Assembly: GCA_977017575.1 (NCBI GenBank)
Contig: CDRNVI010000008.1
Span: 186,001 to 250,000, forward strand
Direction of reading: 5' to 3'
Origin: Paramoeba atlantica
Lineage: Eukaryota > Protista > Discosea
DNA: 64,000 nucleotides
Position numbers and translations under genes: made by a program. The notes below the pieces were generated by a model. It ran no database searches. It was not told the DNA's origin and was given only the letters and a program-made list of their open reading frames with translations. Below are positions 54,609-64,000 of the stretch, in pieces (the stretch's first letter is position 1; every line of letters starts with the position of its first letter).

Positions 54609-54985
54609 AACGGGGGTACGACTTAATGTACCGGGTACCCTTTTATATACCGGGGGGGTATAATCGCTACCCAATATACCCCCCCCTGGGCACCGTGGAA
54701 AACAAGGGGGTGGTGGTATAAACGCTCAAAAGAAATAGAGCGTTTATGCCTCCCACCCCCTTGTTTTCCACGGTGCCATCATGTATTGTCCCTTTTAACC
54801 TCTTTGGTTACCGTAAAAAACAGGTCCTCTTTGGTTTACCGCAAAAAAACATTGGAGCTAATATACCCCCCACCCCCCCGCATTATACCCCCCACCCGGT
54901 ATAAACGGTGAGCGAATATACCCCCCCTTAATATACAGAGTACACTTTATTATACCCCCCCTGTACATTAAGTCGTACCCCCGTT
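54609..54985. mobile_element. 377-bp MITE with TA duplication (pogo/Tc1-mariner type)
   Basis: 23-bp TIR AACGGGGGTACGACTTAATGTAC, TA on both sides; the paralogous empty site is at 28250-28251. Confidence 0.9.
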
Positions 54986-55689
54986 TACGACATTATACTC
55001 AAATACGATTTATTCCCATTTTCTCGAAAATAACGTTGTTTATTCAACAACGCATTCCTTGAATAGAACTCATTCTGCACATGAACGTGTTTGTCCATAA
55101 AAAAAGGGCCGCGAAGCGACGCCAAATTTTTTTTACCCTTGTTTTGGTTTTTTCCGATATTTACATTATTAATTATTGTGCCTAGAGCCAATTATTGTGC
55201 AGGGGTGGAACAATAACCCGGAACAGGGTTTACTTTAAATCAACGAACGCTCAGCTAAAGCAAAAGAATCAGGCGGCAAAGGATGCACGCAGCAGAGATT
55301 TGCACTCAAGTCAAAAAGAGCAAAAGAGGAAAAACAAAAATATATAGGCGCTTTCTAATTAATAGTAAATGTTTGTTTAGCTTCTCCTACCTTCATATGC
55401 ACATTGTTTATGATTTTTAACAATTGAATGAGTTTTCTTTAAAAAAAAGGGTCGCTCTTACGTCGAATTTCTAGAACTCGCGTTTCGACCAAGTCTTTTC
55501 TTCCGCTTAAATTCAACCAGGACCGGTGGGATCGGCCGAGATCGACCGGGATCGTAAATCTCTAGTTTCAGCCCTCTAATTATTACGTTCCTTAATTTTT
55601 AGGCTCTTCGTTAAACGCGGTGGTTGTTTTCAACTTAGAAGTCACTCATGCTGCGCGCTTCGCGTTGAACCTTGAGCAAGGCTTACGTT

Positions 55690-56240
55690 TTGCGTTTCCT
55701 ACCGGTACACTTTTGTCATGTATAGGTCACATGATCAATTGCGTTTGTAAGACAGTTTTCAAGTCCTACGAAGAGTCTGCTTCTTTTAAATTTAAGAAAG
55801 CGTTCTCTCAAGCCTTTTATTCTTCCGGGAAGGTAGTGCTTCAAAGGGGAAGTACAAAGGTGTAGCGCTCGGGATGAAATTAGCTAAATGTGACGAGTCC
55901 TTCTTAAGAGCGTCGTCCAATTTTCGGACGTACTACAGTAGGTTCGGGGAGCGCTGCCTCAAACGCTATCGCCCAGGCCTAGAAAAGGGTGTTGTTGAAA
56001 GCCTTAGAGTTTTACAATCTGTAATCCCTAGTGAATCTCAGGAACTGCTCGCAAAGTTGGATCCATGTATGAACTTGATCAGTGCACAAGGTCCCGGGAG
56101 TTGTACTACCAAGGCAGTGAAGACTTACCACACAGTGAAGAATACTTCCATTAAATTTCAACTTCTTACCCCTTCCGGACTCGTTCTCCATTTAAGTAAC
56201 ATCCCTCCCGCTGTACAAATTAGAATCCCGGATAGAACTC
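55690..56240 (+). pseudogene. Fragment of a Harbinger/IS5-like transposase
   Basis: KTYHTVKNTSIKFQLLTPSGLVLHLS resembles the DDE_Tnp_4 region after the first Asp; interrupted by stops. Confidence 0.45.
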
Positions 56241-56689
56241 TTCATCCCTTCCCGACTCGTTCTCCATGTAACTAACATCCCTCTCGCTAAAAATATTTGC
56301 TTTCAGAATAGCAAGCTAACAAGCGAGCGAGAGATACCCACACCAAGTTTTTGAATACGTTTACTATCCTAGTACGGTAGTTAGTACGTACTAGTACGAA
56401 AATAGGGGTCCGTACTAGATTTAGTACATCGTACCGTACTATGCACATGTGTGCAGTATTAATTTGAAGGTACCTACTTCGTTTTTATGCATCAATAAAT
56501 TGTGTTTTTCGTCTAAAAAATCTTACCTCGAAATTGCAAAAAAACTGTTCACATGTTTTTTTTACTTGCACCCGATCACACTTTTGTTACAAAGCTGATT
56601 GAGTCGGAAGCTCTATGGCAACATATACGTAGTATATGTAAATTTTATATACATGTATGGAGTACTCACGCGTACACTACTCTGATATG

Positions 56690-58293
56690 AACCAGGGGAC
56701 GGAATAATATTAAGATGCGGTTTATTATTAAGTTGCGGCTTATTATTAAGTTAGACAAGTTATTATTAAGCTAGACAGGTTATTATTAAGCTGGACAAGT
56801 TATTATTAAGTTGTCAAGTTATTATTAAGTTTGTGTTTTTCGATGGGAGAAGGAGATTCTTGGAGCTCGAGAGAACGATGCTTTGATAACAACCGAGATG
56901 GTGCGCCAAGAGGCATTTCGCATGCTGAAAAAGGAAAACCGCAAATCACCAGAGCAGAACAAAACACGGGGGATTACAAGAGTAAGCGAACGTTGGATAG
57001 GTAGATTCCTCCACTCTTACAAATGGTCTATAAGATTAGTAAAGAGATCAACTCAGCTATCAAGTGAAGAGATAAAGAAAAGAATTCATTCCTTTCATGC
57101 GTTTGCCTATGGTTGTCTTAAAACAAAAAAGTTTCGTTCCGTTCTGAATTTTGATGAAATTCCCATATCATTTCGCGGGTCCATGAAATCTTTAAAAACA
57201 ATTGCACAGCGAGGAGAAGAAGATGTGCGAGGGCGTTGCAATCCGGATGATATGAAGCGATGCGCAACGCTTATCTGCGGTGCTGGCGTGAAACTGGATA
57301 AAAATGGAAGTCCAAAGAGTCATTTCTTTCTAAAACCTTTTATCGTGTGGAAAGGAGCTGGAAATGGATCTAGTCACGAGATATTTGATGCGAGGACGGC
57401 TCGAGCTTTTACTCCGAAAGGTGTCGTGAACAAAGATTTTTTTCTCCAAGACTTTATTCCCTTTCTCAAACGTGAACTGGATATAAATGACGCAGGCCAC
57501 ACTTTAATTTATCTAGACTCCTGCCGATCTCACATAACAAGTGACGTTCTCGATGCGTTTGCCACTGTGGCTAACTGCTATTGTGCCATATTACCCCCTG
57601 CAACAACATCCTGGATCCAATGGATTGATGTATTTTATGCTTCTTCGTACAAACGCGAGCAAGTAAACATTTGGCACAGAGAACAACATATCCGTCGGAC
57701 CGCCCGCCAAAAAAGACAATGGATACATAATGCCGTTGCCCGAGCGCACGAACAAGTTATAAACCTCGACAACGACTCTCTTGATGAATCAAGGACCCTT
57801 TCCTCTTCTATGAACGTTGTTCAACAATTCAAAAGCTTGGGGTATATCGACCCTTGTGATGCATCGTGGTCGCATGTGAAATGTTTAGAAGGATATGTCT
57901 TTGTTCCACCAAGCGATGACGATGAGAGAGACGAAGCTAAGGGAATCGAAGATGCCTTTAAGCGTGGGAAAAGCGTCCAGGCACGAAAGTCATTCCAAGG
58001 ACGGCTCGATAAATGGTGTAACCCACGACGCTCCACCGAATAAAGGTAAAGAAAAGAAAGATTTATGAAGTTTATGAAGTCGGGTAAAGATTCAGATAAA
58101 AAAAATATTGTTAAAGATTGCATACATAAAAAAACAATTTGTTAATTTTATTACAAACTTAATAATAACCCGCCGACAAGTTAATATTAAGTTTCAAAAC
58201 GTTGACAGGTTATTATTAAGTTTGACAGGTTGTTATTAAGTTGTCAAGTTATTATTAAGTTTCAACAACTTAATATTATTCCGTCCCCCGGTT
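56690..58293 (+). mobile_element. pogo/Tigger-like element with a DDE_1 transposase ORF (56883-58043), N-terminally truncated
   Basis: TIR AACC(A/G)GGGGACGGAATAATATTAAG at both ends with TA on the right; many TTATTATTAAG subterminal repeats; motifs RVSERWIGRF, LNFDEIP, IYLDSCRSH, PPATTSWIQWIDV. A solo right end lies at ~60470-60540. Confidence 0.88.
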
Positions 58294-59349
58294 TACTACT
58301 TCAATGCACACGACACCTGGCCAACACTTGGCAGGGAAACACCAACAACAAAAAAGTGTCAAACATGTGAACAGTTTTTTTGTATACTGTACTTTTTTTG
58401 CCATTTTTTTCGCCAAGTTGAAATTTTCTATAATTCTCTTTTTCCGAAAAAATCCGAGCTTGGCGGACCAGTCCTGCGGATACGCGGGGGGTTCACCCCC
58501 GGGTAGGGTGGTGGAAAATACTCGCCAAGACCCTATCCCTTCTGCGGGTTTGTTTCGAAAAATAAGTTTTTCAAAAAAAATCTTGCGGTATAGACCCCCC
58601 ATTTTTTTCAATTTTGGACAACCGGAGCCCCCTTCAAAAAACATTTTAATTAATTAATTAAAAAAACCACCGTAGCCCCCCCTAAAAAAAATTTTCCTTT
58701 ATTATATTACCCCAAAAAAATCGGAAAATTTGACCTTGTCGAACCCCTCCTGCGCGTACCAGGGGGGGGGGGGGGAATTATCGCCGCGGCCTACCCCACC
58801 ACTTCCCTACGCTCGATTTTGAAAATCAAAAAATTCGAAACATAAATTCGCGACGTATGCCCCCCCTCCCTGAACCCCCCATTATTTTGGATGGGGGGTT
58901 CCCCATGAATGGAAGCCTACCGAACGTATTGGGTGGAGAAAGCGACTCCAACCGTACCATTCTTTCGACACAAAAATGCCCCTTTAGGTCCGAAAAATAT
59001 TTTTTCACCTTTTTTAGTCAAAAATGGGTCATTTTGAGGGGCGCACCACGGTTCGAAGAAGTGATACCTTGCGAAAACAACTGCGGAGAAAGCTAGTGTA
59101 GGTCCCAAACTATCAAAATAGAATAGGGGAAACGATTTTGGAAAAATATTTCTTTTGCCATTTTTTTCGCCAAGTTGAATTTTTTTTAGCTAGTTGGGCG
59201 ATGGGGTTCAGGTAGGGGGGCGGAAAAAAAAATCCAAGGTTAAAGCACCACAGTCTGACAAAGATTCTGTTGCAAAGAAGTTTGTACGGCGTAAAGCGAG
59301 AGAAAGACGCGAGAGAAAACCACTTTCAGAAAAACGGAAGAGGCGGGCC

Positions 59350-60470
59350 ATAGGGTACACGACAATGAGTTACGCGATAGGGAAGATTTGCTTGCAATGG
59401 AGCTTGATCCATGTTCGACGCAACTAACGACAACCCAAATACAGACTGCGTCCGCTGGATCCACGATTCACGACCAAGCTGCCCCCTATCCCTAGGGTGG
59501 AGGTGGCGGAGTGGCAAGAATTCAAAGTTTGAAGCACATGGTGCTCAGGCGGCGGGTTCAAACCCGCTCATCGAAATATTCCTGGCGGCCTCACTCTAAG
59601 AGGCTGGGCTGATAACCGACTAGGCCCAGTACTCGGAGGACCGTCCCGGACCCTCCCCTCAGGGAACCAGCTCCCTTACCTGGCTTACACCTCTTGGGTG
59701 AGCCGTGTTGACGTACAGTTCGTCGACGCAGCGTGTTGGCAACAGCACGTTGGTGCCGCCTTGGACAAGCGGAAACTGGTAGAGGACGTCGGCCTCGGAA
59801 CTTCCAAATCTGTCTGTGAAGGGTCTGGCTTGCCAGTGACCATCCGGAGCAATCCGGAATGATTTGGATTTTTGGATTTTTTTTGCCCCCTATCCCCCAT
59901 CATCGCAACAACGAGGAATGCCCCCAGCAACCAATTCTGCAGAGAACGCTGTCTCAGCAGAATTGAGTCAAGGACAACGGGAAGATGGGTACTCCGGCTC
60001 ACAAGGCGCATCTTTTCCCCTCAACGGAGACGATTCTCGACAGTGCCCGGCTCAGGGATGTTCATGACGGAGCTTGCCAAACGTGTCGTGGCAAGCTTTT
60101 TACAACCACGTCGCTTGCCGGCACGGAAGCAGCATTCCCGCAGAGTGGTGGGATGGAGAAGGTCGCTTCCTTTGTTCTTCTTGCGGGCGAAACTACGGCA
60201 AAAACAAACGTTCATATCACCCCCATAGCTGCAAAGCAACAATGGCCTCTCCGCCATCCGAGCTTCATGCGCAAACCCTTCCTGACGCGGAGAGCCCAGG
60301 ACGGAGAGCCGTAATCACTCAGTTTGAGATTCCATCTTCATCAACTATCTGCTCGCTACCGCTTAGTACATGCAAGGACGCACCACATCGATGCCGAAAA
60401 AAAAAAAATCGATGCCGCCAGCTGTGGGGTGAAATTCTTACGGAGACCATGGATAACGCCGTCAAAAACA
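59350..60470 (+). pseudogene. N-terminal fragment of a CRE-like non-LTR retrotransposon ORF, split by a SINE
   Basis: CPAQGCS*...FYNHVACRH...IPAEWW...LCSSCGR zinc-finger region, then LPLSTCKDAPHRCR...LWGEIL; cut off by the pogo end at ~60470. Confidence 0.6.
59493..59884 (+). mobile_element. Full-length tRNA-headed SINE, 392 bp, with a 12-13-bp TSD
   Basis: A-box TGGCGGAGTGG, B-box GGTTCAAACCC, GC-rich body, T/TTGGA tail; (T)GCCCCCTATCCC duplicated at 59481-59492 and 59885-59896. Confidence 0.92.
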
Positions 60471-61649
60471 ATTCACTATTATTAAGTTGTCAAGTTATTA
60501 TTAAGTTTCAACAACTTAATATTATTCCGCTCCCCGGTTTACACGCGGCACATCTTCAGATACAGGTTCTAGCTGTGAAAGTGATTTTCTTCTCTTTCCT
60601 ATTTCATTACCAGTCTACTTAACATACCTATACCTTGATAACAAACCTATACCTTGATAACATACCGGGGGAGTATGTTAAATGGGTATGTGGTTTATAT
60701 GACGTTTTTTCGATCAGATACCTAAACACCCCCTACTGGTAATGAATTCAAAATCCTAGGTCAAAACACTGGGACCTGTTATACCTGTATACGCTTTGGT
60801 TTCATTCGATAAGTCTTCACCCTGTACTGGTAATACACTTACAAAGGCCAACATTCAACTTGAAGTGTGTGACACGCGAGGCCGAAGAGGAATGAGGAGG
60901 CGCAAGGAAAAAAGGCAGAAGGCGGTGCCTTCTGTCTTTTTGCCGCGGCGACGACGACTTCCTCGCGTGGGAAGCTGTAAGGGGTCCTAGGGAGCATGTT
61001 TCAATGGCTATGTAACCCAGGCTAAAGTGGACGAGGGAGATACCAAAGGCGCCTTTGGAAAACGACCACAAAACTTTGACTAAAAAAAGGTGAAAAAGTA
61101 TTTTTCGGACCTAAAGGGGCACTTTTGTGTCGAAAGAATGGTGTGGTTGGAGTCGCGTTCTCTACTCAATACGTTCGGTAGGCTTCCATTCATGCCTACG
61201 AGTGATTTCCCACGCGCAAATATCGGATTTAGTGCTCTGAGAGTCAAAATACGCGAAAATCACCCCATTTTTACCCGAAATTCGGCTATTTTTAGCTATA
61301 ATCTTTCCGTTTTCCAGGCTAAATTTTCTTTTTTAGGCTCTTCGTTAAACGCGGCGGTAGTTTTCAACGCGAAGCGCGCAGCATGAGTGACTTCTAAGTT
61401 GAAAACAACCACCGCGTTTAACGAAGAGCCTAAAAAAGAAAATAGTTACCGTCCGATCCATAATTAAGGAATTTCTTTTTTAGGCTCTTCGTTAAACGCG
61501 GTGGTTGTTTTCAGAAGTGTGTGTTCCGCGCAAAACTCTCACTGAACCATCCGTGTAGAAATGTACAGATTTAAGTTTGGTGAATGGAACGCTAGATTCT
61601 TCAATAAATTGCAGATCTTTATACCGTCCGATCCATAATTACTGCGGTG

Positions 61650-62048
61650 AAAAATCATTCCAAAAAAAAAAATCCAAATCATTCCGGATTGCTCCGGATG
61701 GTCACTGGCAAGCCAGACCCTTCACAGACAGATTTGGAAGTTCCGAGGCCGACGTCCTCTACCAGTTTCCGCTTGCCCAAGGCGGCACCAACGTGATGTT
61801 GCCAACACGCTGCGTCGACGAACTGTACGTCAACACGGCTTACCCAAGAGGTGTAAGCCGGGTAAGGGAGCTGGTTCCCTGAGGGGAGGGTCCGGGACGG
61901 TCCTCCGAGTACTGGACCTAGTCGGTTATCAGCCCAGCCTCTTAGAGTGAGGCCGCCAGGAATATTGGGATGAGCGGGTTTGAACTCGCCGTCTGAGCAC
62001 CATGTGCTTCAAACTTTGAATTCTTGCCACTCCGCCACCTCCGCCCTA
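61650..62048 (-). mobile_element. Full-length tRNA-headed SINE, minus-strand copy
   Basis: The reverse complement matches 59493-59884. Also a fragment at 40609-40685 (-) and a diverged relative at ~62150-62300 (+). Confidence 0.9.
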
Positions 62049-62536
62049 AAGAGTACAACACTCAGGGTTCCCGAGCGATCGCTCACCTCAGTACTAACTG
62101 AGCCTGGCGGTGCTTAACCTCACAAAGAACAGGATGTGGTGTTTTCACCGTAGTATGGCCGTACAACCTGCAGGTTGGTGGTTAGATTCCCGCTATCGAC
62201 AAAACTCGCAACCTGGCGGCCTCACTCAAGGGGAAGCGATCAGGAGTTCCTCCAAGGCCCATACTCAACCCCGCTCCCCTGGAGGACCGATCTGGAACCG
62301 CCGAGCTGAACCAGGCTCCGGCGCAACCGCTAAATTGCGATCTGCCTACGCAAAGGAGGCTTGAGACACAGCCTAAACGATTCGAGGCGGTTGGACGCCC
62401 GTCCTGGTAGCTACGGTTGCGTAGCCGTTCTCGGGCTGCAAGGTGTCGAGTGCCGTCTGGGAAGGGGGTAGCAAGACAATGAAGGTCAGTGACCTGAAAC
62501 TCTACCCTAACGGTTGGCGCTGCAGAGCCCTCCGTG

Positions 62537-62592
62537 TCTTCTTCTTTTTCTTCTTCTTCATCTTCTTCTTCTTCTTCTTCTTCTTCTTCTTC
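62537..62592. repeat. (CTT)n microsatellite
   Basis: About 18 mostly perfect CTT units. Confidence 0.9.
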
Positions 62593-63448
62593 CGCAAGGA
62601 ATACATAGATGCATTCCTTGGCAATGTTGTGCCACATGTTTGGTCATAGCCTCTTTTTCAAGAGGTGTTTCGGAACACCTGGTATGTGTTTTCCGTTTCA
62701 AGGACGTTTTCTGTCCAAAGAAAAGCTGTCCAAAAAAAGCTTCTGCGGGTTTTGTTCGAAAAAAGTTTTTTTCAAAAAAAGTTCGTGCGGTATCCCCCCC
62801 CCACTAGACCCCCTCCATGGACGCCCCCCATGGACCCCCCATTTTTTTCATTTTTTTTTTAAATTTTGGCCCTTTTTGATCTTTTGCACAAAGTTGAGCT
62901 TCGGGATTCGGAAGGTCACTTTCGAGAAGAATAACTCACCAATTGTAATAAGTTGATCGTCGTTCGTTCGCTTTTTGTACCTTTTTATGCACTCTTCTTG
63001 AGCTTCCGTACTGACTGAAAAATCTTAAAAAGGAAGACGATCACAACAACACAACAACAAAGACACTGATATTTGAATATCAGTTAAAGGGTCTGTAATT
63101 TACACCATAAAATAGAACCCACCTACGTACAAGCTCACTTGGCTTTTACGCGTAGAAGCATCTTCTACGACCATGACATACATACTTCCTCATTACTTTC
63201 TTTGGTAAATAACCCGTTAGGTGCGAATGCGGCTTCCGGCGCTTTGCTTTCATAACCATTTGACTTCCTTATCTGTTGGCTCTATATTCCTGTTTTTGCC
63301 TAGGGCAAAGAGCGAAAAAGCTTAATAAATCCAAACCTTATTGACAAAATCAATATCCTATCTCTCTTCTTCATAAAACGTATATTAATACTAATGGCAT
63401 AGTGTATTTAACGACTTCCCTTAGCATGGTTTTGCTTTCCTTATTTGC

Positions 63449-63967
63449 TCAATGAGATCTCCTGGTAGATTTTTGCGTCTTGCTTTCATCCTCTCTAAGC
63501 GAGCGTTTTCTCTGAGGGGTTCTTCCCGTAAGTACTGATATGCAAACTGGGATCTCATTCTTGACGCGTGTGTCTTCTGCACTCTTGCGCAGTTTTATGC
63601 CAATTTTTTCATTGGTTTTGGTTGATTTCCCCTTCGAACGGGTGCGTTTCAATGTTTTTGATGAAGGGGTTCTACTAACAACTTCATTTTGAGAAAGAGC
63701 CTCAGATTTTGGAGGATCGGGTGTTTCCTCTTCAGCCCTCACCTGTGTAAATGCAAAAACTGGCAAAGTCCGTTTTTGTAACGATTTGAACATTTGGTCT
63801 GTGTTCAGTGGGGTCATGTTTCGTCTTTTGGAGCAGGATTTTTCTTCCAAACCACGGAAAAAAAAGGAGGCGTTTTCGTCAGACTGTTGATAAGCTCTTT
63901 TCGCAAGCCAGTCCGATGTGTCATTATGTGGGTTCCCTTCATGCCCCCTAACCTTGATGATGAACAC
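63449..63967 (-). pseudogene. RNase H C-terminal fragment of a retroelement or RNase HI-like gene
   Basis: IKVRGHEGNPHNDTSDWLAK matches the RNase HI WVKGH-x-GN-x2-N-x2-AD-x-LAK motif; the 5' part may lie beyond the window. Confidence 0.6.
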
Positions 63968-64000
63968 GCGTCGGTCAGCTTCTAATTGAAAGCAGGCACG

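Noticed and set aside
59608-59670. Hammerhead ribozyme in the SINE (CTGATAA plus a stem)
   Set aside because: The core deviates from CUGANGA and no GAAA follows stem II.
37000-64000. Chimeric join of bacterial or host DNA to the gene cluster
   Set aside because: The same repeat families occur in both halves (9621 and 51077; 28183 and 54541; 25835 and 41005). Not fully excluded without reads.
1-64000. TnpB/Fanzor/Cas nuclease or spliced-leader RNA gene
   Set aside because: I found no RuvC-type motif set in the ORF track and saw no CAGTTTCTGTA-type SL core; very divergent versions could be missed.

Overview
Eukaryotic nuclear DNA, almost certainly from a kinetoplastid: it carries a MRB3010/RESC6 RNA-editing protein, a CE1-type adenylate-kinase/guanylyltransferase fusion and a type-2 IPP isomerase. 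The LRR family resembles Perkinsela-like organisms (inference). Bases 1-37 kb are an intron-less, all-plus-strand gene cluster, consistent with a polycistronic unit: fni, SAK-HAD, cyclin, hypothetical, UNG, LRR, CE1-like, COG2, GRASP, LRR, NOC3, XPC/RAD4, SNF2, PRP22, MRB3010. Mobile DNA fills several intergenic gaps and breaks both LRR genes. Bases 37-64 kb are almost pure mobile/repeat DNA: Tc1, Harbinger/IS5-like, pogo-like, hAT, MITEs, SINEs, CRE-like and RNase-H retroelement fragments, plus one methyltransferase gene. Best leads: (1) a structurally complete IS30-family element (26-bp IRs, 3-bp TSD, decayed transposase) inserted in a 59-bp minisatellite; (2) recurrent C-rich to G-rich synonymous-site skew flips inside housekeeping genes; (3) dispersed ~200-bp foldback cassettes with constant motifs around length-conserved 36-38-nt variable segments; (4) a tRNA-headed SINE with an ingi/Pr77-like motif and a 12-13-bp TSD; (5) a CE1-like capping enzyme whose catalytic Lys is replaced by Arg. 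All calls are by eye; no searches were run.
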